A DNA stretch of 64,000 bases, taken from an uncultured bacterium (lineage in GTDB: Bacteria; JAGOEH01). Of this stretch, positions 18,945-28,458 are shown piece after piece. The notes beneath the pieces were generated by a model. It had not been told where the DNA came from. It did no database searches and worked only from the letters and a program-made list of their open reading frames with translations. The stretch covers positions 1 through 64,000 of the forward strand of contig CAZWDO010000016.1 of the NCBI GenBank assembly GCA_964632485.1. Direction: 5' to 3'. How positions within the stretch are numbered: position 1 is the stretch's first letter; each line of letters opens with the position of its first letter. The translations under genes and the position numbers were made by a program.

Positions 18945-19862
18945 TCAGTCCAGGATATAAGGTAGTGGGTTGATCTGTTCGAAATTTCCGTTAATTTTCA
19001 TTCTGATTTCATAATGCAAATGATTGTTAGTGGATCGGCCGGTAGAACCGACATAGCCAATCAGATCATAGCGTTTGAGGGTTTGTCCGATTTGGACATC
19101 AATTTTATGCAGGTGTCCATAGAGGGTCATAAATCGGTTATTATGATTAATTTCAATGACATTGCCATATCCGTTTTTCCAACCGGCATAGGTGACGATG
19201 CCATCCGCGGAGCTCAGCACCGGCGCTCCCTTGGGGGCAACGATATCCAGCCCGGGGTGGAATTCAATAGCTGAAGTAAATGGGCTGCGCCGCTTTCCAA
19301 AATAGGAAGAGTACCATCCGCGCGTAGGTTTGATGTAGGGTGTGTAATTAATTTCAACTTTTAATGCGGAAAGTTTTTTTTCGATTTCATTAAAGCTTTC
19401 GATTTCAACGCGGCTTTCGCGTAACATAAACTCGATACGGGAAGTCAGTTGGACCAGATTTTCACGGGTATCCAAATCCAATACTTCCAGTTCATGGTTG
19501 GTAATCTGGTTGGTTCCGCCAAATCCGGCCATACGAATGTCTTCGGATAGTTCCGGTAAACCGGCAAACGTTCGCAGTTGCTTCTCATTCTTGACTAATT
19601 TGGTTATCGCGGTTTCAAAGGTTTTGATTTTTGTTTGCAATTGTTCAATTTCCTGATAGAATACTGAACTTTTTTTGCGCAAATGATCCAGCTCGAAGCT
19701 TTGAAAGAACTGGAAAATTCCGAATATGATTAAAAATACCAGGATAACTCCGATAACCGAAGAACCGATAATTATCCGTTTAAAAAACTGTTGAGATATA
19801 TTAAACTGTACTGGAGTCTGGTTGTTGTCGCTCAATAAAATCAGTGTAAATTTTTTTGGCAT
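18945..19862 (-). CDS. M23 family peptidoglycan endopeptidase
   Basis: TM plus coiled coil; FHPGLD, GYGN, YGHL, TGRSTNNHLHYE. Confidence 0.9.
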   Translation of the reverse strand: MPKKFTLILLSDNNQTPVQFNISQQFFKRIIIGSSVIGVILVFLIIFGIFQFFQSFELDHLRKKSSVFYQEIEQLQTKIKTFETAITKLVKNEKQLRTFAGLPELSEDIRMAGFGGTNQITNHELEVLDLDTRENLVQLTSRIEFMLRESRVEIESFNEIEKKLSALKVEINYTPYIKPTRGWYSSYFGKRRSPFTSAIEFHPGLDIVAPKGAPVLSSADGIVTYAGWKNGYGNVIEINHNNRFMTLYGHLHKIDVQIGQTLKRYDLIGYVGSTGRSTNNHLHYEIRMKINGNFEQINPLPYILD

Positions 19863-20012
19863 TCCCGTCCTTTCGTTTTTCGTTCGTTTAACCGTTAGTA
19901 TTCTATATTTTGACGTGTGACCCATTTGGGGGCACATCTAAAATTATAATAAAAAAAAAAAAGAGAATTGTCAACATATTTTTTTTATAAACTAATTTTT
20001 TTTAAGCTTATC

Positions 20013-20041
20013 TTGACTCACATAACAATTTTATATATATT
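20013..20041 (+). promoter_or_regulatory. sigma-70-type promoter of glnA
   Basis: TTGACT-N17-TATATT upstream of GGAGG RBS. Confidence 0.55.
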
Positions 20042-20068
20042 TGATTAAACTAACTATCGGAGGATCAA

Positions 20069-21490
20069 ATGATCACGTTTCAAACTGTTTCCGAGGTTCA
20101 AGCGTATGTACGAGAACAAGCCATCCAGTTTATCTCATTTTATGTTTCGGATATCGATGGACGTTTGCGTAATGTAACGATACCCGCGCAAAATTTTTCT
20201 CAACGCATTATCGAAGAAGGAATTGGTTTTGATGCCTCTAATCTGGGCTTTGCGGCGATACACAGTTCGGATATGATTCTTAAACCCGATTTAAATTGCG
20301 GTTTTAAGGACCCGGTAGAAACGGAAGTTCCGGTTCTGTATTTTTTATGTTATATGCTGGAAACCCATAACCGTTCCAATTTCGATCAGGATTTAAGGCA
20401 CATGGTTCAGAAAGCTTTGCGGGCCTTTATGGAAGAGGGGGTAATTGATGAAATTCATATCGGTTTGGAATTGGAATTTAATATTTTAGACGAATTATAT
20501 AGCCGGATGACCCCGCGCGAAGTTTCTTATCGTTTGCATAGCAGTGAATTCGCCAGCCCCTCTTCCGGGGAGGAGATTTACCGGATTGCGACGAATCGCG
20601 GATATTTCCGTTCCGAGCCGAATGATCATTTGTTTAAAATCCGCAATGAAATTGTGAATGCGATTGAATCTCTGGGATTTGGAGTGAAATATCATCACCA
20701 TGAAGTGGGTAGTTCCCAATGTGAAATTGAATTTAAATTTGCTTCTGTTGATGAGATGGCGGATGCGACGGTGTTGGCAAAAAATATTTGTCATCGGGTC
20801 GCCCGCAAATATGGTAAAATTGCAACATTTTTACCGAAAATTATTCCGGGCGAGGCAGGTAATGGTATGCATATCCATCAATTCGGATTAAAAAACGGGA
20901 AAAATGTGTTTCATGATCCGAAAGGACTTTATCAATTGAGTGATATTGCGTTGTATTATATTGGCGGAATTTTGTTTCATTCTTCGTCATTACTGGCTAT
21001 AACCAATCCGACCACCAATTCCTATCGTCGATTGATTCCCGGGTTTGAAGCGCCGGTCAATGCCGTCTTCGCCGAAGCGAACCGTTCTGCCGCCATCCGG
21101 ATTCCCGGTTATATTCAAAACGATCAGGAACGCCGGTTCGAGTTCCGAACGATTGATGCAACCTGTAATCCCTATTTGGCTTATTCGGCTATGCTCATGG
21201 CGGGCCTGGACGGTATCCGCCGTAAGATTGACCCTCGTGAGCATGGTTTTGGACCCTATGAATCCAATCTTTATCAACTCTCTCCACAGGAGCTGAGTAA
21301 AATTAAAGCCTTTCCGGCATCTTTGGAAGACGCTTTAAATGCTTTACGTGAGGATTATGAATATTTGACCTGGCAAAACGTGTTTGCAAAGCCACTCATC
21401 GAAAAATGGATCGAAGTGAAACAGAAAGATATTAACGAAATGCGGCGAATTCCTCATCCCTGGGAAGTCGCCCGATACTATGATTTATAG
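20069..21490 (+). CDS. glnA: glutamine synthetase type I
   Basis: GLELEF, HHHEVG..QCEI, GNGMHIH, NSYRRLIPGFEAP, NRSAAIRIP, CNPYLA, NLY adenylylation-site-like motif. Confidence 0.93.
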   Translation: MITFQTVSEVQAYVREQAIQFISFYVSDIDGRLRNVTIPAQNFSQRIIEEGIGFDASNLGFAAIHSSDMILKPDLNCGFKDPVETEVPVLYFLCYMLETHNRSNFDQDLRHMVQKALRAFMEEGVIDEIHIGLELEFNILDELYSRMTPREVSYRLHSSEFASPSSGEEIYRIATNRGYFRSEPNDHLFKIRNEIVNAIESLGFGVKYHHHEVGSSQCEIEFKFASVDEMADATVLAKNICHRVARKYGKIATFLPKIIPGEAGNGMHIHQFGLKNGKNVFHDPKGLYQLSDIALYYIGGILFHSSSLLAITNPTTNSYRRLIPGFEAPVNAVFAEANRSAAIRIPGYIQNDQERRFEFRTIDATCNPYLAYSAMLMAGLDGIRRKIDPREHGFGPYESNLYQLSPQELSKIKAFPASLEDALNALREDYEYLTWQNVFAKPLIEKWIEVKQKDINEMRRIPHPWEVARYYDL

Positions 21491-21498
21491 GAGTTCAA

Positions 21499-23121
21499 AT
21501 GAGTACTATCAGCCACTATCCCGGTAACCAATTGTTTTCAACCTATCGCGCGATTGTTGAAAGCTGTTTTTACGGAAACAATGTTAAGGACCTGCCGACC
21601 GTTCAATCAGCTTATCACCATGCTTGTCAGTCGCCAGGAACCATTCAAACCAATATTCCCCTCCATCAGCCGTTAGCGAACGGGTTTCCAGCCGATGCGA
21701 CCATTCTTGTGTTTAATGATGGTGAAGTGGTGGGTCGATCCGCGCAATCACGCGTATTGGCGAATATGAAAAATCTTGACATTAGGAAATTCAGCGCTGT
21801 ATTGCGCGAGGCCGCTTATGAAATACGCTTCCATACCATGTATCATTGCCAGGCAATCATCGGATTGCATGAGAATATGATGATTAAAGGACATCTCCTT
21901 ATTAGCCGGGATTTTGAAAATCTCGCCTTGAATTGGATGATCAACTTCCAGCCCATAACACCGGAATATCAGGACCGTTATACGAATTCACAGCCCATGG
22001 AGGAACCCGATATCCTGCTGATTTCTTATCCGCAGTGGAAACATCCTGATTTTCCTTTAGGATTGGCATTCTTTGATCCGGATCATAACTGTGGAATGCT
22101 GCTGGGTATGCGTTATTTTGGCGAGCATAAAAAAGGGACCCTGACTTTGGGATGGAATATTGCTAATCGCAATGGATATGCCGCCTGCCATGGGGGATTG
22201 AAACGCTATGATGATAACCAGTTTGTTCTGGCTGCATTCGGACTCTCGGGCTCGGGTAAATCCACGATTACTCATTCTCGGCATAACGGCAAGTATGATA
22301 TTACTATTCTCCATGATGATGCGTTTGTGATTAATACCGGTGATTTTTCTTCGATTGCTATGGAACCGACTTATTTCGATAAAACCAGTGATTATCAGAT
22401 CGGCGCTGATGACAATCAGTATATTTTAACGGCTCAAAATGTCGGGGTCAGCCAGGATAGCGAAGGGCATCATCTGTTGGTCACGGAAGATATCCGCAAT
22501 GCTAATGGTCGGGCTATCAAGTCACGTTTTTGGTCCCCTAAACGCATCGATTACATGCCGAACCCCATCAACGCCATTTGCTGGTTGATGAAAGATCCCA
22601 CTTTGCCCCCGGTTATAAAACTGACCGATCCGGTGCTCGCTTCCGTCATGGGCGCAACGTTGGCGACAAAACGCACCAGCGCGGAACGAGTCTCGGCTGA
22701 GGATATGTTAAAACTGGTGGTTGAACCCTATGCCAATCCGTTTCGGACCTATCCATTACAACAGGATTACTTCAAATTCAAACAATTGATCGAAAACGGA
22801 ATTTCCTGCTACATTCTCAATACCGGCGATTTCATGGGGCGTAAGGTCACCAAGGAAATCACGATCGGTATTATCGAAAAAATCGTGGAAGGCAATGCTG
22901 AATTCATCCCCTGGCCACCATTTGAGAATTTTATGCAGATCATGGATATAGAAGGCTTTATTCCCGATATGAACGATCAGCTCTATGTCAATTCTTTACG
23001 CGCTCGCTTCCAGGATCGGTTGGATTTTATCCGTTCCCGCGCTACTGAGCAAGAAGGGTTCGATGCCTTACCGGCTGAAGCGGAAAAAATCATCCAGCTC
23101 CTGATCCAGAAACTGCATTGA
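21499..23121 (+). CDS. pckA: phosphoenolpyruvate carboxykinase (ATP) family protein
   Basis: YFGEHKKG, CHGG, FGLSGSGKST P-loop, LHDD, YANPF, YILNTG. Confidence 0.8.
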   Translation: MSTISHYPGNQLFSTYRAIVESCFYGNNVKDLPTVQSAYHHACQSPGTIQTNIPLHQPLANGFPADATILVFNDGEVVGRSAQSRVLANMKNLDIRKFSAVLREAAYEIRFHTMYHCQAIIGLHENMMIKGHLLISRDFENLALNWMINFQPITPEYQDRYTNSQPMEEPDILLISYPQWKHPDFPLGLAFFDPDHNCGMLLGMRYFGEHKKGTLTLGWNIANRNGYAACHGGLKRYDDNQFVLAAFGLSGSGKSTITHSRHNGKYDITILHDDAFVINTGDFSSIAMEPTYFDKTSDYQIGADDNQYILTAQNVGVSQDSEGHHLLVTEDIRNANGRAIKSRFWSPKRIDYMPNPINAICWLMKDPTLPPVIKLTDPVLASVMGATLATKRTSAERVSAEDMLKLVVEPYANPFRTYPLQQDYFKFKQLIENGISCYILNTGDFMGRKVTKEITIGIIEKIVEGNAEFIPWPPFENFMQIMDIEGFIPDMNDQLYVNSLRARFQDRLDFIRSRATEQEGFDALPAEAEKIIQLLIQKLH

Positions 23122-23881
23122 GAGGTTCCGGAGAAATTTTAGGGCTCACTCCTTCTGACACAGCGCGGATTAACCAGCTTATCAGCAAAACGGCGAGCCA
23201 GTTTGTCGTTAAAGCGATTCGATTTCCGGGAATGAGATACATCCCACAAGCTATCTTGATATAGGAGACTTCAATGGACCGCGCAGTAAAATCTTCGAGA
23301 ATTCGTTATCGTTTGTCTTGAAAAATTTGCATAACTTGGCTGCGGATGAGATTCAGGCGTTTTATCAGCGGTTTCGAATCTTTTTCGGCGATGAGATCAT
23401 GGGCAGAACGAAATTGATCCGGGATTATTCCATCCGTCGATAAGTCACGAACGATCTTTCTTTCCAGCCATAATTTGAACCATAATGCCGACATTTAAAT
23501 TTTTTTCTATATATTGAATAACACTTATTAAACTGTACTGGTCATTCATCAGTTTTTTTGATTCCCGATTTGGAAACAAAAGGAATTTTAATTGAGAAGA
23601 AAAATAGAGAAGTCAGAATCCATACGGCAGCTTCATGTTCAGTGCAAGTGCCGTGTTATTCATACTATAGAATTCATTTATGCTTTTTATATGGATAGTG
23701 GGCAGGCTGAATGATGATTCCGAAAGGAGAATATATCGGTTATCGATACTGAGGTTCATGTCAGGCCCATCTCTTAAATCAGCTGTTTAATGATGCTAAG
23801 TGCAGTATCAGGATTATTTTGTAAAACAAGCTTAATAGTGAATTGTATAGGCAATGATGTTTTAATAATGGAGCTGGTAGA

Positions 23882-24280
23882 ATGAAAAAGCAAATTGAAG
23901 AAATTATTCAAAAAAATTTTACTGATCCGAATTTTAATGTTACAGTACTGTATGAAAAAATTGGATATTGTGAATCCCGATCATTTGAAATGATTTATAA
24001 GTATTTCGGCATGAATGCTCAGCAATTAATCGAATCATTCCGCTTGCATCAGGCGCTAAATATGTTGGCAGAAGGGAATTTGGTTCACAAAATATATGGA
24101 AAGGTCGGGTATGCTAATGTCCGAACATTCCGTTTCGCATTTAAAAAGCGTTTTAAACTGAGTTGCTGCAAGTGCCGGGAGAAGCTGTTGGGTTGTGATT
24201 GTTCAATAATTGAACTTGAACAGTTTTATTCAACATTATGGATGAGAGAGCAAAACGAGACTATAAAAAATTCAGAGTAA
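23882..24280 (+). CDS. AraC-family HTH protein (DNA-binding domain only) with Cys-rich tail
   Basis: NFTDPNFNV, RLHQALNML, KVGYANVRTFRFAFKKRF; tail CCKC...CDC; GGAG RBS. Confidence 0.8.
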   Translation: MKKQIEEIIQKNFTDPNFNVTVLYEKIGYCESRSFEMIYKYFGMNAQQLIESFRLHQALNMLAEGNLVHKIYGKVGYANVRTFRFAFKKRFKLSCCKCREKLLGCDCSIIELEQFYSTLWMREQNETIKNSE

Positions 24281-24410
24281 AGGTTAATTTCAGATTTTAT
24301 TCAGGATAAAAGTTTTAAAGTGGACGTGTTAGGGGGGGTGTCAGCCCCACTGAAATATTAAAATATAGAGTATATTAATGAATTAATTTATAATAATGAA
24401 TAGGTAATAA

Positions 24411-24683
24411 TATAACCGGCGATTATAACCGGCGATTAGTTCCGGCGATTATAACCGGCGATTAGTTCCGGCGATTAGTTCCGGCGATTAGTTCCGGCGA
24501 TTAGTTCCGGCGATTNNNNNNNNNNNNNNNNNNNNNNNNNNNNNNNNNNNNNNNNNNNNNNNNNNNNNNNNNNNNNNNNNNNNNNNNNNNNNNNNNNNNN
24601 NNNNNNNNNNNNNNNATTAGTTCCGGCGATTAGTTCCGGCGATTAGTTCCGGCGATTAGTTCCGGCGATTAGTTCCGGCGATT
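24411..24683. repeat. 13-bp tandem repeat array (CCGGCGATT-AGTT / CCGGCGATT-ATAA) spanning a scaffold gap
   Basis: 8 CCGGCGATT cores before the N-run; 5 full plus 1 partial after it. Confidence 0.95.
24516..24615. other. assembly gap (100 N)
   Basis: run of N inside the tandem repeat. Confidence 1.
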
Positions 24684-24788
24684 TTGGTACTTGACAATTT
24701 TTTATTTTTTTTTATTTTTTATTAGATTAATTATTTTAGTTTTAAAACTTACTGGAATTTAATCAAATATTAGAGAAAGGAATTGTTC

Positions 24789-25939
24789 ATGAAACGTAGG
24801 CGTTCAAATTCTGATCTAACATTGTTAAAACGAAAAAATTCATTGTTAAATTCTTTGTATTTTTGGTATATAGAGCGTTGACGAGGGACAGGATTTAGTA
24901 TGAGTTGGATACTTTGGGATGGAATCCATCTATTTCGGCGGATCAACGGAACGAAGCTGAAGCGTATGATAGCGTTTTTGTTCTTATTCAGTCTGGCCGG
25001 ATCTATTTGCGCGTTATTTTATTCTTCTGGACGTATTGAAACCCATCGAAAAATTTCTACAATCTGTAAAGATAAAATCGGCAGAAAATTTATTTCTTTC
25101 TGTTTGCCACAAGTCAATTATAACATTTTGGGAAATAGTGAGATATGCCTGCCGGATTATCAAAATCATACACGTACGGCACTGATTGTTTACTATAATT
25201 TTTGTCCTTCATGTCGCATTTTGCTTCAAAATCTCGATAAAATCAACCGGATTGATACGTTGGTCAATACTCGCATTATCGCTTATTCATGGGGGAATTC
25301 CCAAGACGGCATTCATATCGATGATACCGCCACCTATCGCAGTACCATGGAATTGATTGATGAATACAATTTTTCTTTTCCTTTTGTTTTAAATCGACAA
25401 GATGTTTTTGAATCTGTTAAACGCATGTTCCCCCGCTTTCCGAAACCGGCAGTTTTTTTCTGGATAGTGAACTATCGATTCTTTACGTTTTCAGCGGATT
25501 GGGTAACTTTGAAGAAGTACGACGTCTGATTAAGGAATTCGATGCAAATGGTGAAATCACATCTATTGGACGTAATATACTTCCTGATACAGTGCGCCAT
25601 GAATCCATTAATCAGCAAATAGGCGCAGCGGATTGCTATCTGTTTTTACAAAAGACACGGAATTTAATTTTGCTGGATTCAGCGGTTTCGGAATTCATGA
25701 ATGAATATCTCTTCGATACAAGTTTCTGGTATGAAGATTTGAACTTATGTAAAGAGTCTGGTCAAATTCAATTGCGATATTCGGTTATCGGCAAAACCTG
25801 CGATTGTCCCGAAAAGTCAGGCAAATATAATAGTTTTACGATTACCCGCAATCTGGATTCATTGAAAATTTTTGAGAAAAAATTTATCATAGGGGAATCG
25901 AAAAACGTATGTATTCGCGCGGCGAAGGGAGAAGAGTGA
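24789..25939 (+). pseudogene. membrane-anchored thioredoxin-like (CPSC) protein, interrupted by an in-frame TGA (24879) and a -1 frameshift (T7 run, 25453-25459); pseudogene, recoded gene or assembly error
   Basis: ATG 24789 with AAAGGA RBS is in frame with ORF 24900; YNFCPSCR motif; a -1 shift gives PAVFFLDSELSILYVFSG and joins ORF 25499..25939. Confidence 0.6.
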
Positions 25940-26499
25940 TTATACGCCTATTGAAGCAAACTTTAGAAGTAAGGATTGCCGTATTTCTTTTCTTATTCAT
26001 TTTCTTAGCGATTCCCTTTGGTGTGTTAGCTGGGATATCTCATTTGTTAATCAGACCGGACCTAAATAAAAAAATATATGCCTGGTGGCATGGCGCTCAA
26101 TTCACTGGAACTGAAGGAGTGATCCTGCAGGATAAATTTAATAATTGTGGACCAGCGGCCATGAAAATGGTATTAATGCAGTTCGGAATAAAAACCTCCT
26201 TGGCCGATATTGAACGTCTTGCAGGAACGGATGCTCGGGGTACATCGATGCTGGGATTGAAACAGATGGCGGAAAGTTGTGGATTACGAGCGGAAGGCTG
26301 GCGGTTTGTTTGGGAAGATTTTCGAAAAATCGACTTGCCGGCCATTCTTTTTGTCAATGGTGATCATTATGTGACGGCACTCGAGTTTATTGGTAAGGAT
26401 ACGTTAATTTTAGCCGATCCCGCGATCGGAAAACTTAAGATATGTCAGCGAAACCTGAAGAAAATCTGGAAAGGGGAAACGCTGGTTTTGAGTAAATAG
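25936..26499 (+). CDS. stand-alone membrane-anchored peptidase C39 (double-glycine leader peptidase)
   Basis: LQDKFNNCGPAAMKM, GTSMLGL, DHYV, LADPAIG, W.G..L; N-terminal TM; GTGA overlap with the upstream stop. Confidence 0.9.
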   Translation: MIIRLLKQTLEVRIAVFLFLFIFLAIPFGVLAGISHLLIRPDLNKKIYAWWHGAQFTGTEGVILQDKFNNCGPAAMKMVLMQFGIKTSLADIERLAGTDARGTSMLGLKQMAESCGLRAEGWRFVWEDFRKIDLPAILFVNGDHYVTALEFIGKDTLILADPAIGKLKICQRNLKKIWKGETLVLSK

Positions 26500-26628
26500 C
26501 GCTTTTGGACGGCCGTCCCGGTGATCAGGCCTTGAGCCGCGGCAAATCATCGGTTTTTTAGATACGTTGTGTGTTGATTGCGTACGCTAAAATATGTCAA
26601 CTTTAATGAATGATTGGAGTAAAAACTC

Positions 26629-26919
26629 ATGTTCAAGAAAACCATCGTAATGATCGTTGTCTGCGCACTATTGTTTATGTGTATTCAAGTAAGCGCTCAA
26701 CCGATAATTAAAACTACTCATCTTTCAATTGAAAGCATGCAAATTAATTATGGCGGTCTCTCTTTTTCATGTATCCTAATGCTTTCAGGTTATGCCGCTG
26801 CTTGGGGTACTGCAATTACTGCAACAGCTCTTTCGGCTGGAGCAGCAGCTTGGACAATTCTTGGTCTTTATGCTGCTTCTGCAGGTATTGGTATAATGTT
26901 TCAGGAATGCTTCGGTTAA
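26629..26919 (+). CDS. putative bacteriocin/RiPP precursor: Sec signal, double-glycine leader, 53-aa hydrophobic core with two Cys
   Basis: MFKK plus hydrophobic h-region and VSA|Q; LSIESMQINYGG|; core LSFSC...AAAWG...ECFG; GGAG RBS; followed by a terminator; adjacent to C39. Confidence 0.75.
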   Translation: MFKKTIVMIVVCALLFMCIQVSAQPIIKTTHLSIESMQINYGGLSFSCILMLSGYAAAWGTAITATALSAGAAAWTILGLYAASAGIGIMFQECFG

Positions 26920-26931
26920 TTAATTAAATCA

Positions 26932-26962
26932 AAAAGGAAGGTATATTACATACCTTCCTTTT
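26932..26962 (+). terminator. Rho-independent terminator/stabilising hairpin after the precursor
   Basis: AAAAGGAAGGTAT-attac-ATACCTTCCTTTT, perfect 13-bp stem. Confidence 0.85.
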
Positions 26963-26988
26963 ATTAAGCCCCAAATGAAAGCAATAAT

Positions 26989-27738
26989 ATGAAACTAAAA
27001 TTGATGCATATTTTTGAGATTAATAAAAAACTATCAAAGAGAATAAATAAAGGTGTTCCATATCCGATTACTATAGGTCTATTTTCAATTTTGATAGCAA
27101 TGTTTACAATGCTAATAAATAATGAAATTTTAAATAATAGCATTTTGAGTAAAAAATCAAGTTTTATTGCATTGATAACTGTATTGATGTGTTTGGTGTT
27201 TTTGTTCAGTGTACTACCATTAATTATCAAAATTGACCATAAAATGTTCTATTCAACAAAACCATTGAATATTTTTCCGATATCTGCCCGGAAAATCTAT
27301 CATTTACAAATCATTAGCATTTTAATGGATTTTCGACTGGTTTTGTATTGCTCATCTTTTATTCTTTCAACAATTTTTTTCTTTTTAGGGGTTTCGTATA
27401 AAGTGGGTGTGATTTCCGGACTAATTTTTATCCTAACAAGTATGACTTATGAAACCCTCATAAGCAATTTAAGTATTTTGCTGATCAATTTTCCAAAATT
27501 TTCTGTGAGGAATTTGTTGTTTATTCCAATTTTTTCCCCGATATTAATAAAACTGCTAAAATTGAAAGAGGATTTTTTTATCCACATTCCATTATTTTCA
27601 TGGCCTGGGTGGGCCATTTATCATTTTCATCATGGAGACTATTTGAATTCTTTTCTCTATGTTTTCTTTTTGATACTGTTAAGTGTTGCCGTCTACATCT
27701 CCGGTTATTATCTTACACAACACCTGGCCAGGGATTAG
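26989..27738 (+). CDS. multi-pass membrane protein, probable ABC-2-type permease/immunity
   Basis: about 6 TMs; 'IFPISARKI' motif; very AT-rich. Confidence 0.65.
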   Translation: MKLKLMHIFEINKKLSKRINKGVPYPITIGLFSILIAMFTMLINNEILNNSILSKKSSFIALITVLMCLVFLFSVLPLIIKIDHKMFYSTKPLNIFPISARKIYHLQIISILMDFRLVLYCSSFILSTIFFFLGVSYKVGVISGLIFILTSMTYETLISNLSILLINFPKFSVRNLLFIPIFSPILIKLLKLKEDFFIHIPLFSWPGWAIYHFHHGDYLNSFLYVFFLILLSVAVYISGYYLTQHLARD

Positions 27739-27765
27739 TAAATCGATATCTGAAGCGGGATTTAA

Positions 27766-28458
27766 ATGAAACTAAGTAGCAACTGTTGTCAAAAAACGTT
27801 CTGGGTTTTGATCCAAAATGACATGAAACTGCTAACAATATACCACAAAATCCACTATATCCTCCTGTCGGCCATAGTTATGGTGCTTCTGATCGGAAAG
27901 TTTGTCAATCGTCATTTGCCATTCTATAATTATCAATCGGCGATCTGGATTGCCTTGCTCAGTTTTGAACCCTTCATCAACAACATGCTGGCAAGATTTC
28001 CTCGTGAGTGCGCTTCTTATCGAATTTTCCCTATTCCGACCAACTCCTTGTTGTTGGCCAAATTATCCCTTAATCTGATCACCATCTTTACTGCGCTAAT
28101 TGGGATATTTATCATGTTGGCAGTATTTTTGAAAATCAATACTCTCGAATTGACAGCGCTCATTCAGATATACTTGCCCGCTATGGTTTTGATTCAGGCC
28201 ATCGGGGTCGTACGTTCCATTCAGGCCCAAAGTGGAAAGAACAAACGCGTGGCCATAATCTCATTTTTTAATGTCTTTTGGATGTCGTTGATCATATTGG
28301 TGATAAATCTATTGGTCGATTTCTTCCATCGGATTGCTTATCGCTGGATTTGGTATTGGTTTATCGTTGTTATTATTTTTTTGATCAGTTATTATCTGTT
28401 ACGATTTGCATTGGGATTATTCAATAAAAACCAGTTTTCCATCCTGGAGGATGAATGA
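27766..28458 (+). CDS. multi-pass membrane protein, probable ABC-2-type permease/immunity
   Basis: about 6 TMs; 'YRIFPI...LLLAK' motif; ATGA overlap with the ATPase. Confidence 0.65.
   Translation: MKLSSNCCQKTFWVLIQNDMKLLTIYHKIHYILLSAIVMVLLIGKFVNRHLPFYNYQSAIWIALLSFEPFINNMLARFPRECASYRIFPIPTNSLLLAKLSLNLITIFTALIGIFIMLAVFLKINTLELTALIQIYLPAMVLIQAIGVVRSIQAQSGKNKRVAIISFFNVFWMSLIILVINLLVDFFHRIAYRWIWYWFIVVIIFLISYYLLRFALGLFNKNQFSILEDE

Noticed and set aside
24411-24683. CRISPR array
   Set aside because: The unit is only 13 bp, there are no unique spacers, and no cas genes are in the window.
24879-24881. Selenocysteine or alternative genetic code at the in-frame TGA
   Set aside because: TGA is a normal stop in many ATGA overlaps here, the position is not in the CxxC motif, and no convincing SECIS follows.
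26964-27230. 88-aa minus-strand hydrophobic ORF as an immunity gene
   Set aside because: Antisense to a longer permease ORF in AT-rich DNA; likely a shadow ORF.
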